This document shows, in pieces, positions 18,420 through 26,963 of a stretch of DNA of 64,000 nucleotides. The stretch's first letter is position 1; each line of letters opens with the position of its first letter. The stretch is from Terracidiphilus sp. (GTDB taxonomy: Bacteria > Acidobacteriota > Terriglobia > Terriglobales > Acidobacteriaceae), in assembly GCA_049793195.1 (NCBI GenBank), contig JBARBP010000167.1:1576-65575 (forward strand), in the 5' to 3' direction. Made by a program: the position numbers and the translations under genes. Below the pieces are notes generated by a model. The model searched no databases, was not told where the DNA came from, and saw only the letters and a program-made list of their open reading frames with translations.

Positions 18420-21400
18420 GTGGCGGATGCAGTGGACACAATGAACCCAGCGAGTCAGCCGCCGGCCACTTTACCCAAACTCGAATTGCCACCTCCTCCC
18501 GCCGGGGAACAGGGCTCCGTCAAAGTCTGGCGCGCCCCTGTCTCCATGCTCACTTACATGCCGGCCGCCCCCGACCCCAATCCTCTGTTCCTCGAGAAAC
18601 GTGTCTATCAGGGCAGCAGCGGCCGTGTCTATCCCTTGCCCGTTATCGATTACGTTGAACGAACTGCTCATCTCCGCTCTTGGGACGCCATCCACATCGA
18701 AAACGAATTCCTTCGTCTGATGATCTTGCCTGACCTCGGCGGTCGCATTCATGTCGGTGTCGATAAACGCACCGGCTACGATTTCTTCTATCGCCAGAAT
18801 GTCATCAAACCGGCACTGGTCGGCCTCGCCGGCCCCTGGATCTCCGGTGGCGTTGAGTTCAACTGGCCTCAGCATCATCGCCCGGCGACATTCATGCCTG
18901 TCGAAACAGCAATTGAACGCGCGTCTGACGGTTCGATTACGATCTGGTGCAGCGACCACGATCCGATGGCCCGCATGAAAGGCATGCACGGCATTTGCCT
19001 TCATCCAGACAAGGCCTACGTCGAGCTCAAAGTTCGCCTCTACAACCGGACTCCCCACACCCAGACGTTTCTGTGGTGGGCCAATGTGGCAACCCATGTC
19101 CACGAGCAATACCAGTCCTTCTTCCCTAAAGACGTTCGTTACGTGGCCGACCACGCCAAGCGCGCCGTCACGGAATACCCCCGCAGCCAGGGGCTCTACT
19201 ACGGCATCGACTATGGCGAGCGCGCTCGCACGGGCGTGCCTCCCGAAGAAATGCCTGGCCGGTTCGTGCCCGACGGATCCTACCCTCCAAACGACCTCGG
19301 CTGGTATGCCAACATCCCCGTCCCTACCAGCTATATGATCGTCGGTTCTCGCGGTGACTTCTTCGGTGGCTACGACCATCGCCGCCGCGCTGGCACCGTC
19401 GCCTACGCAAACCACCACATCGCTCCCGGCAAGAAACAATGGACGTGGGGCAACCACGAATTCGGCTACGCCTGGGACCGGAGCCTCACTGACAACGACG
19501 GACCCTACGTAGAGCTCATGTCCGGAGTCTATACCGACAATCAACCGGACTTCTCCTTCCTCGCGCCCGGCGAGACGAAGACCTTCAGCCAATATTGGTA
19601 CCCCATCGGCGACATCGGTGTTCCCGACGTCGCTAATTTGCAGGCAGCTCTCCGCGCCGAGAGCTCAGACGGACTCGTGACCCTCCATCTTCAGGTCACA
19701 GAAAATCTCACTGATGCGCGTCTCACCGTTCGCATCGGTGAATCCGAAGTCGCACACTGGACGGGGAGGCTCACCATTGATGACCCGCTTCATCTTCAAC
19801 TCCCTACCAACGGCGCCACCGGCCGTCTCGAGGTCACGCTCACAGAAGGCGAACGGCTAGTGCTCCGCTATGCGCCGGACGAAATCGCGCCCGTACCGTC
19901 TCCCACCGTTGCCACCGAGCCGCCTTTGCCCGAAGACGTGGCCAGCAACGACGAACTCTTTCTCAACGGCCTCCATCTCGAACAATATCGCCATCCAACT
20001 CGATCGCCGGAGATCTACTGGCGCGAGGCTATCAGGCGCGATCCCGGCGACTGCCGCTGTAATCTTGCCCTGGGACGTTGGCATCTGAACCGCGGCGAAT
20101 TCCCTCAAGCCGAGAAACATCTTCTCGCCTCCATCGCCCGCCTCACCGCGCGCAACCCCAATCCGCCCGACGGTGAGCCGCACTACACTCTCGGCTTGGT
20201 GCTCTGTTTTCAGGGACGCCAAGATGAAGCCTACGACGTCTTCTATAAGAGCACGTGGAACGCCGCATGGCGCGCTTCCGCTTATCACCGCCTTGCCGAA
20301 ATCGACTGCACTCGCGCCGACTGGACGGCCGCCCTCGATCATCTCGACCGCTCCCTGCGCGCCGAGGCCGAAAGCCTCAACACTCGCAATCTCCGCACCC
20401 TTGTGCTACGCCGTCTCGGCCGCACCGCGGAGGCCCAGGCCTTCCTTGAGCAAACCCGCGCGCTTGACCCTCTTGATATCTTCAGTCGCTGGCTGGCCAC
20501 GAATGCACCGCCCCAGGACGGCCAGCTACTGCTCGATCTCGCCTTCGACCTCGTGCGTGCCGGCTTCCTGGACGAAGCACTGTCGATGCTCACCGCGACC
20601 AACCGGGCCACAACCGCCGGCGTCGAGCCCGTGCTGCTCTATCTGCAGGCAGACATCCTCCATCGTCTCGGCCGCCTCACCGAAAGTGCTGACCTCCGCG
20701 AGCGCGCACGCCATGCTGATCCCGCTTACGTCTTCCCCAGCCGCCTTGAAGAACTCGTTCTGCTCAGCAAAGCGGTCCAGGCGGATCCAGGCGATCCCCA
20801 TGCACCCTACTATCTCGGGAACCTCTTATATGACCGCCGCCGCTACGCCGAAGCCATCTTAATGTGGGAGCGCGCCGTTGCGCTTGAACCCTCCTTCGCC
20901 ACTCCCTGGCGCAATCTCGGCATCGGGTATTTCAATGTGCTGCACGACAGCGCTCGCGCTCTCCAGGCCTTTGCCAAAGCCCGCGCGACCGCGCCTCACG
21001 ATGCCCGCATCCTTTACGAATACGACCAACTCCTGAAGCGCACCGGCCATGCCCTCCCCGAGCGGCTGGCCGGTCTCGAAGCCAATCCAGAGCTTGTTCA
21101 AAAGCGCGATGACCTCTCCATCGAGCTCGCCTCGCTCTACAACACCCTCGATCAGCCCCAGCGGGCTCTCGACTTGCTCCTCAGCCGCCAATTCCAGCCC
21201 TGGGAAGGCGGCGAGGGACTTGTGCTCTCTCAATTCATTCGTGCCCATGTTCTGCTTGCCTATCGTTCTCTACAATGCGGAAAGCCAATGCATGCCGTAG
21301 CCACCCTTCTTGCTGCATCCGATCCGCCTGAGAGTCTCAGCGAAGCCAAACACCTTCTGATAAACCTCTGCATGATCGGCTACTGGCTCGGCGTGGCGCA

Positions 21401-21824
21401 TCACGATGCCGGCAATCGCCGGGAAGCCGATCGTCACTGGATGCGCGCCGCCCGCCAGAAAACCGACTTCCAGCAGATGAGGGCACAGACGGTCTCCGAA
21501 AACACTTACTGGAGCGCCTCGGCCTTGCTCAGCCTCGGCCAGGAAAAAGAAGCTCACGACGCCTTCCGGGCAATCCTGGACTACTCTGCCGACCTCCAAC
21601 GAAAGACGCCGAAGATCGACTACTTCGCTACCTCGCATCCTGACATGCTCCTCTTTGACGAAGACCTTGCCCGCCGCCAGACGGTCACCGCTCGCTTCCT
21701 CGAGGCGCAGGCGCGGTTCGGCCTTCGAGAAGAGGCCAAGGGACTTCGCCTGCTCGAAGAAGTTCTCGCCATGGACAACGCCCATACTGGCGCCATCGAT
21801 CTGTTGCGGTTTCACAAGAGGTAG
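18420..21824 (+). CDS. large cytoplasmic protein: DUF5107-like N-terminal domain + C-terminal TPR repeats
   Basis: 1134 aa with no signal peptide. The N-terminal about 480 aa (GGVEFNWPQHHRP, WWANVA, YANHHIAPGKKQWTWG) recalls DUF5107 proteins (from memory, not searched). The C-terminal half is TPR-like. GTG 18420 has AAAGGA upstream. ATG 18441 is an alternative. Confidence 0.7.
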   Translation: MADAVDTMNPASQPPATLPKLELPPPPAGEQGSVKVWRAPVSMLTYMPAAPDPNPLFLEKRVYQGSSGRVYPLPVIDYVERTAHLRSWDAIHIENEFLRLMILPDLGGRIHVGVDKRTGYDFFYRQNVIKPALVGLAGPWISGGVEFNWPQHHRPATFMPVETAIERASDGSITIWCSDHDPMARMKGMHGICLHPDKAYVELKVRLYNRTPHTQTFLWWANVATHVHEQYQSFFPKDVRYVADHAKRAVTEYPRSQGLYYGIDYGERARTGVPPEEMPGRFVPDGSYPPNDLGWYANIPVPTSYMIVGSRGDFFGGYDHRRRAGTVAYANHHIAPGKKQWTWGNHEFGYAWDRSLTDNDGPYVELMSGVYTDNQPDFSFLAPGETKTFSQYWYPIGDIGVPDVANLQAALRAESSDGLVTLHLQVTENLTDARLTVRIGESEVAHWTGRLTIDDPLHLQLPTNGATGRLEVTLTEGERLVLRYAPDEIAPVPSPTVATEPPLPEDVASNDELFLNGLHLEQYRHPTRSPEIYWREAIRRDPGDCRCNLALGRWHLNRGEFPQAEKHLLASIARLTARNPNPPDGEPHYTLGLVLCFQGRQDEAYDVFYKSTWNAAWRASAYHRLAEIDCTRADWTAALDHLDRSLRAEAESLNTRNLRTLVLRRLGRTAEAQAFLEQTRALDPLDIFSRWLATNAPPQDGQLLLDLAFDLVRAGFLDEALSMLTATNRATTAGVEPVLLYLQADILHRLGRLTESADLRERARHADPAYVFPSRLEELVLLSKAVQADPGDPHAPYYLGNLLYDRRRYAEAILMWERAVALEPSFATPWRNLGIGYFNVLHDSARALQAFAKARATAPHDARILYEYDQLLKRTGHALPERLAGLEANPELVQKRDDLSIELASLYNTLDQPQRALDLLLSRQFQPWEGGEGLVLSQFIRAHVLLAYRSLQCGKPMHAVATLLAASDPPESLSEAKHLLINLCMIGYWLGVAHHDAGNRREADRHWMRAARQKTDFQQMRAQTVSENTYWSASALLSLGQEKEAHDAFRAILDYSADLQRKTPKIDYFATSHPDMLLFDEDLARRQTVTARFLEAQARFGLREEAKGLRLLEEVLAMDNAHTGAIDLLRFHKR

Positions 21825-21826
21825 CG

Positions 21827-23260
21827 ATGCACGGTTCATTGCCCCCCGCCACTCCGCAGTCTTCGCCGATCTCGCCCCAACACGACATCTATGTCTGGGG
21901 CATCGCCCTTGCCGCTGCCTTGGGCGGCCTGCTCTTCGGCTATGACTGGGTCGTAATCGGCGGCGCCCGGCAATTCTATGAGGTCTACTTTCACCTCACC
22001 TCTGCCGGCCTCGTCGGCTGGGCCAACAGTTGCGCCCTCGTTGGATGCCTGCTCGGATCACTCTCCGCAGGATCCTTGGCCGACCGCTATGGCCGCCGCC
22101 GCGTTCTCCTAGTCGCCGCCGTGCTGTTCGCCGTCTCCTCCGTGCTTACCGGTTGGGCCTGGTCCTTTTCCGCTTTCATCTTTTGGCGGATTCTAGGCGG
22201 CACCGCAATCGGTCTCAGTTCAAACGTCTCACCCCTCTACATCGCCGAGATCAGCCCTACCGCCCAGCGCGGACGCCTCGTCAGCCTCAACCAGTTCGCA
22301 ATTGTCGTCGGCATCCTTCTAGCCCAGATCGTTAACTGGCGTATCGCTCGTCCTGTCCCTCCCACACTGTCCGCTCATTTGCTGCTTCAGACCTGGAACG
22401 TGCAGTTCGGCTGGCGATGGATGTTCACCGCAGTTGCCGCGCCTGCCCTTGTCTTCACCTGCGCCTCTCTCTTCATCCCCGAAAGTCCCCGCTGGCTCTG
22501 CGGCGTTGGTCGTGCCCGCGAAGCCGGCGCAGTTCTCGAACGCATAGGCGGTCCCAACTACGCCCGTGCTGAATTAGCAGGCATCGAATCCACGCAGCGC
22601 GCTGACGCCGCCCTGACTCAGTCCTCGTGGCGCGAGCTTTTGCTTCCCAAATTCCGCAAGATCCTCTTGGTCGGCATCGCCCTCGCCGTGCTCCAGCAGT
22701 GGACCGGCATCAATATCCTTTTTAACTACGCCGCCGAGGTCTATCGCAGCGCCGGTTACGGAGCCAACGATATCTTCCTCAACATCGTCATCACCGGCGC
22801 CATCAATCTGGTCTTCACCATGCTCGCAATGGTCCTTGTCGACCGTCTCGGCCGCCGGCTCATGATGCTTGCCGGTTGCATCGGCATCGGGGTTTCCCAT
22901 CTCCTCTGCGCTTGGGCCTATCACGCCCAATGGCGGGGCGCAGCGGTCCTGGTCCTCACCCTGAGCGCGATTGCCTGCTATGCCCTCACCCTCGCACCCG
23001 TCACCTGGGTTCTGATCTCCGAGATATTTCCCAGCCGCATCCGTTCCCATGGCGTCTCCACAGCGGTCAGCGCCTTATGGCTCGCCTCTTTCCTGCTCAC
23101 CTACACCTTCCCCCTCCTCAACCGGTTGGAAGGGACCGCCGGCGTCTTCCTCACCTATGGCGTCATCTGCCTGCTCGGCTTTTTCTTCGTCGCTGCCTTC
23201 GTCCCTGAGACCAAAGGACGCACCCTCGAACAAATCGGCGCCGGCGTCACCCAGCTTTAA
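21827..23260 (+). CDS. MFS sugar porter family transporter
   Basis: GGLLFGYDWVVIGGA, DRYGRRRVL, PESPRWL, VDRLGRRLMM, PETKGRTLEQI are canonical sugar-porter motifs. The ATG is 2 nt after the upstream stop. Confidence 0.9.
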   Translation: MHGSLPPATPQSSPISPQHDIYVWGIALAAALGGLLFGYDWVVIGGARQFYEVYFHLTSAGLVGWANSCALVGCLLGSLSAGSLADRYGRRRVLLVAAVLFAVSSVLTGWAWSFSAFIFWRILGGTAIGLSSNVSPLYIAEISPTAQRGRLVSLNQFAIVVGILLAQIVNWRIARPVPPTLSAHLLLQTWNVQFGWRWMFTAVAAPALVFTCASLFIPESPRWLCGVGRAREAGAVLERIGGPNYARAELAGIESTQRADAALTQSSWRELLLPKFRKILLVGIALAVLQQWTGINILFNYAAEVYRSAGYGANDIFLNIVITGAINLVFTMLAMVLVDRLGRRLMMLAGCIGIGVSHLLCAWAYHAQWRGAAVLVLTLSAIACYALTLAPVTWVLISEIFPSRIRSHGVSTAVSALWLASFLLTYTFPLLNRLEGTAGVFLTYGVICLLGFFFVAAFVPETKGRTLEQIGAGVTQL

Positions 23261-23394
23261 AGACTCCGAACTTCTCCCTGGCTTCGGCGAAATCAAGTAA
23301 TTAGTCTCCCGTCCTTGCGCCAGAACACGAGTTCTTTGTGAAGGATGCGCCATCCGCCAACCCCAGCGCTGCGCCGTCCCCTCTATTGCCGGGT

Positions 23395-23424
23395 TTGACA
23401 GTTGTCGATTTACTGCCATATACC
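23395..23424 (+). promoter_or_regulatory. candidate sigma-70-type promoter upstream of the DUF362 gene
   Basis: TTGACA (23395-23400), 18 nt, TATACC (23419-23424). About 130 nt upstream of ATG 23554. Confidence 0.25.
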
Positions 23425-23553
23425 TTACTTAAGCTTCCCTTGTGACGTGGGTACGTAGAGCAGCCTGGCGCTGCGGATCGCCTTTTCCATGCGATTCAAT
23501 GCCCCGCGCATGCGTACATGCACGCGCAGGGATGAGTCAGAAAGAGGTGACCC

Positions 23554-24672
23554 ATGAGTTTATCGCGCAGACGTTTTGTCCAGCTTGCAGGCGCAGGAAC
23601 CGGCCTTTTGATGCAGGCACAGCTTCTCAAAGCGCAACAGACAGCGGCAACAGCTGCGGCTGCGGGTAAAGCTCCATCCGGCCCCTCGAAGGTCGCCTTG
23701 GTTCACGGCGACGACCGGCGTAAGAACGTGCTGCAGGCGCTTGAGAGTATCGATGACCAGATCCAGCCCGGGCTGCGCCAAAAGAAGTACGTTGTCATCA
23801 AGCCCAACAACGTCTCCGCAGACAACCAGTTGGCGGCAACGCATGTGGATGCGTTGCATGGCATACTCGACTATCTTGAGCCGCGATTCCACGGGCCGGT
23901 GATCATTGCTGAATCCGCCGCCGACGACACCTTGGATGGCTTTGAGAATTTTAAATACAACCAGATGGCCGCGGAACGGAAGGCACAGCAAGTAAGGCTG
24001 GTCGATCTCAATCGCGACGGCAGATTCGAAACCATCGAACTGCTTGACCGCGATCTGCACATCACGCCCGTACGCCTCGCGGCAATGGTCCTCGATCCGG
24101 ATGCATACGTGATTAGCAGCGCAATGCTCAAGACCCACAACACGGTGGTGGCAACCCTGTCAGTCAAGAACATGGTCTTGGGCTCGCCCCTCCACAGTGT
24201 TCGCGGCGAAGCTGAGTGGAACGACAAGAGAAAGTATCACGTCGGTCTTCGCCAGACCCACTACAACATGCTGGTCACTGCGCAAAAGTTGCATCCAAAC
24301 TGGGGCCTTGCACTCATCGACGGGTTTGAAGGAATGGAAGGGAATGGGCCCGGTGACGGCACGCCTGTCCATTCTCACCTCACCATCGCTTCCACTGACT
24401 TTATTGCGGCTGACCGCGTCGGCATTGAGGTCATGGGGATTAATCCGGCGTGGGTCGGCTACCTCAACTATTGCGCGCAGGCCGGCCTCGGCCAGTTTGA
24501 CCTGTCGAAGATCGAAGTCAAGGGAGCATCAATCGCCTCGGTACAAAAGAAATACCAGCTTCACCCGGATATTGAGCGTGAGTTGAAATGGATGGGGCCG
24601 ATGGACGAACTGCCGCAAAATCTTGGCAGCTTGCCATATCCATATGACACTCTTGACCGCGTGAACGCATAA
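23554..24672 (+). CDS. TAT-exported DUF362 domain protein
   Basis: MSLSRRRFVQLAGAGTGLL twin-arginine signal. VALVHG...YVVIKPNNV...VIIAES pattern typical of DUF362 (from memory). Confidence 0.75.
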   Translation: MSLSRRRFVQLAGAGTGLLMQAQLLKAQQTAATAAAAGKAPSGPSKVALVHGDDRRKNVLQALESIDDQIQPGLRQKKYVVIKPNNVSADNQLAATHVDALHGILDYLEPRFHGPVIIAESAADDTLDGFENFKYNQMAAERKAQQVRLVDLNRDGRFETIELLDRDLHITPVRLAAMVLDPDAYVISSAMLKTHNTVVATLSVKNMVLGSPLHSVRGEAEWNDKRKYHVGLRQTHYNMLVTAQKLHPNWGLALIDGFEGMEGNGPGDGTPVHSHLTIASTDFIAADRVGIEVMGINPAWVGYLNYCAQAGLGQFDLSKIEVKGASIASVQKKYQLHPDIERELKWMGPMDELPQNLGSLPYPYDTLDRVNA

Positions 24673-24690
24673 TTCATTTGAGAGAAACTC

Positions 24691-24708
24691 CCCCGGGTAA
24701 CTCCGGGG
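24691..24708. terminator. GC hairpin between convergent genes (possible bidirectional terminator)
   Basis: CCCCGG-GTAACT-CCGGGG (6-bp all-GC stem, 6-nt loop). Lies 19 nt after the DUF362 stop, followed by a weak T-containing tract. Confidence 0.35.
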
Positions 24709-24828
24709 CGTCATCCCTTTAAGTCGTCACAGCACTGCAGGTGCCGATCTTCCCTGCGTCCTTTGCAGGAAATGTGAGAGGCGAGCAATCCTCCTGGCGG
24801 GGCCGTGCATCACGCCATGCCCTGCGTC

Positions 24829-26352
24829 CTACTGCTTCGTTTGAATCAGCACCGCGCTCAGAGCCGGAACAAAGCAGTTGATCTGCGTTCCGCTGGAGGA
24901 AAGACTGTACGGCGCTCCGGGAGTGAAATCCCCATTCGCAGCTATCGAGGCGCCCTGAATCGTCACGCCGGATGTCGCTGTCAGGCTGGGCCCAGCGGCC
25001 CCTGAAGAAAGCTGACTCATTGTCATCAGCGAAGAGGACTGAACTGTCTGCGGCAATGAAACTGTCAGCTGAAGATTCTGCGTCGTGTCCTTGTTGACGA
25101 TCACTATCGACATACCGCCCGAGGCATCCTTTACTGCGTACGCCGTGGCATTCGTTGAACCTGCCGACAACGTCGTTTCGCAGACCGCACCCTGTCCGGC
25201 AAGCGTGAAGAGTGTTAACCCGTAAAACTCCGGCCGCGCTCCGATCACTGCGCCGTTGTTGTCGGCGATCGGTGTGTAGCTGTTTGTGCTGCCGCCGTGA
25301 AGATTGACGCCTGTAGCCCCACCCTGCGCGCAATTGAAGAGAAAATCAATCACCCAGAGAGCTGACGCATAGGAATTGCTTACCCCCGGGGCCCCTCCAT
25401 TGAAGTACGAGTTGCATTCTCCAATCCGGAAGGGGACGCCCGTCGCCTGGCTGGCCGCGCTGAGCATTCCCAGGGCCTTCGGCAGGTTGGCATCCGGCGA
25501 AATCAGATTGGCAGCCGAGGACGCCGAAGAGTGCCCGTCTCCGCGGTAGTAGTGCTGCGTCGTCAGCGACAGGTTCTTGCGGGTCGCAGCTTGTGTGAAC
25601 GGCACCGTCCAGGCAGCCACGTTGCTACCGGAGGCAGGTCCGGTAATCGGAACTCCTGGCGCTGCCACCTGGATGGCGCTCCGAAATTGGTTCCACAGCG
25701 CTTCAAACTGGGCCAGGGACCAGTTGCCCGCATAATAGCTTCCCGTGGCCCCGTACCCGTCGCACTCATTCCCTATTTCGATGCCAAGCAAGGACGAGCC
25801 AAGCTTTTGAGCCACATAGGCAACTTCAGCAGCGGCCAACTCCGGCGTTGTTGCACCCGTTGCCGCCCCTCCAAGGTTGATTCCATAAATGCACTGCCAA
25901 CCCGCTTCTTTCAGGAAGCCGGCAAGAGCATCGACGTCTGCTGGAGCAATCTGCTTTGCAGTCCGGCCTGCGCCTTTCGGAGTCCACACGCACTGATCGA
26001 CTGAGTTTCCCCCCACACGCAGCACGCCGGGACCAAGCAGCTCGAACAGGCCAACCAGATCTGCGTTGGCTGAGCCAAACAACGGCTCGCACATGGACGA
26101 CTTCTCGTACGAGAGTCCGGCAAACCCCGAGCCGATGGTGCCGGCGCTATCCCCCGTCACGCTTAGCAGCGCCTGGGTGACAGGGCCGGTGGGCGCGGGC
26201 TGTCCACTGGTGGCCGCTTGCACGTTGACTGGGCTGGCTGACGCCATCTGTGACTTGTTGCAACCCGATAAAACCACGGTCGCGGAAAACGCGGCAATTC
26301 CCTTGAGCAGTTGCCGGCGGGAGAGTTCAATGGAGGGAGTAGAGGTGAGCAT
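24829..26352 (-). CDS. glycoside hydrolase family 79-like (beta-glucuronidase/heparanase-like), TAT-signal lipoprotein
   Basis: SRRQLLKGIAAFSATVVLSGC (TAT motif + lipobox). GPGVLRVGGNSVD. Clan GH-A acid/base IEIGNECDGY and nucleophile FRIGECNSY. C-terminal beta-sandwich-like tail. Confidence 0.8.
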   Translation of the reverse strand: MLTSTPSIELSRRQLLKGIAAFSATVVLSGCNKSQMASASPVNVQAATSGQPAPTGPVTQALLSVTGDSAGTIGSGFAGLSYEKSSMCEPLFGSANADLVGLFELLGPGVLRVGGNSVDQCVWTPKGAGRTAKQIAPADVDALAGFLKEAGWQCIYGINLGGAATGATTPELAAAEVAYVAQKLGSSLLGIEIGNECDGYGATGSYYAGNWSLAQFEALWNQFRSAIQVAAPGVPITGPASGSNVAAWTVPFTQAATRKNLSLTTQHYYRGDGHSSASSAANLISPDANLPKALGMLSAASQATGVPFRIGECNSYFNGGAPGVSNSYASALWVIDFLFNCAQGGATGVNLHGGSTNSYTPIADNNGAVIGARPEFYGLTLFTLAGQGAVCETTLSAGSTNATAYAVKDASGGMSIVIVNKDTTQNLQLTVSLPQTVQSSSLMTMSQLSSGAAGPSLTATSGVTIQGASIAANGDFTPGAPYSLSSSGTQINCFVPALSAVLIQTKQ

Positions 26353-26797
26353 TGTGCCGATCGGAGCGATGGTTTCGCTATATCTAGTAGATCGGCGAAT
26401 CGGTCTTACCTCAAGACCATTTGGTACCTATTAAACCCATTATCTTGTAACCACTTAGCGCGTTACCCGATTGGGAAAATCGCACCTGAATTTAATGGTT
26501 TTCTAATTCTCTTGCAGGGCATCGATCAGGTTGAGCCAGCCAGTTTGGGCTGGGCCATGAGTCGCGCGTCGAATGGCAATCCTGAACGCTTTCTGCTGGT
26601 AGGATCGAGAGTCCAAATCCGGCGAAGGGAGGCAGCCGCGCGGAACTCGCTGAGGACTCAGTAGTTTCGAGGCACGGCGAAGACGCTTCTAAATGCCATC
26701 TGCATCTGAATCGCGTCCCGCGCCACCCGGTAAACTCAAGCGCTTTCAAAAAAGCCGTTAAGCATACAGAAATGCTGCGCAAGCGCTCTGCCACTTT

Positions 26798-26864
26798 TGT
26801 GGTACTGTATGGTACCACTGTGGTACTGACGAGTACCAAGCAGTGCCCTAAGCTGTGGTTACTG
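26798..26864 (+). promoter_or_regulatory. repeated TGTGGTACTG / GGTAC dyad cluster in the leader of the EPS locus
   Basis: TGTGGTACTG at 26798-26807 and 26819-26828, TGTGGTTACTG at 26854-26864. Dyads GTGGTAC/GTACCAC (26799-26818) and TGGTACT/AGTACCA (26821-26838). Located 100-165 nt upstream of ATG 26964. Confidence 0.35.
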
Positions 26865-26963
26865 CCGGGTCGACCGGCTGCCCGGTCAGGTTACTGGCGA
26901 TCCGAGCCCCCCGTCCCTCCGTCGCCCGGAATCTGAAACTTTCATCCTTCAGGACTTGTTGCC

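Noticed and set aside
18471-19592. 373-aa ORF on the minus strand
   Set aside because: It is antisense to the DUF5107-like gene and has no recognisable domain. I treat it as a shadow ORF.
26611-26640. GTCCAAATCCGGCGAAGGGAGGCAGCCGCG, superficially like the SRP (4.5S) RNA helix-8 motif GGUCCGGAAGGAAGCAGCC
   Set aside because: I tried to pair the flanks. Only two to three base pairs close a 6-nt loop, the symmetric-loop nucleotides do not match, and no long hairpin forms with the surrounding sequence. An Infernal scan with the bacterial SRP model would settle it.
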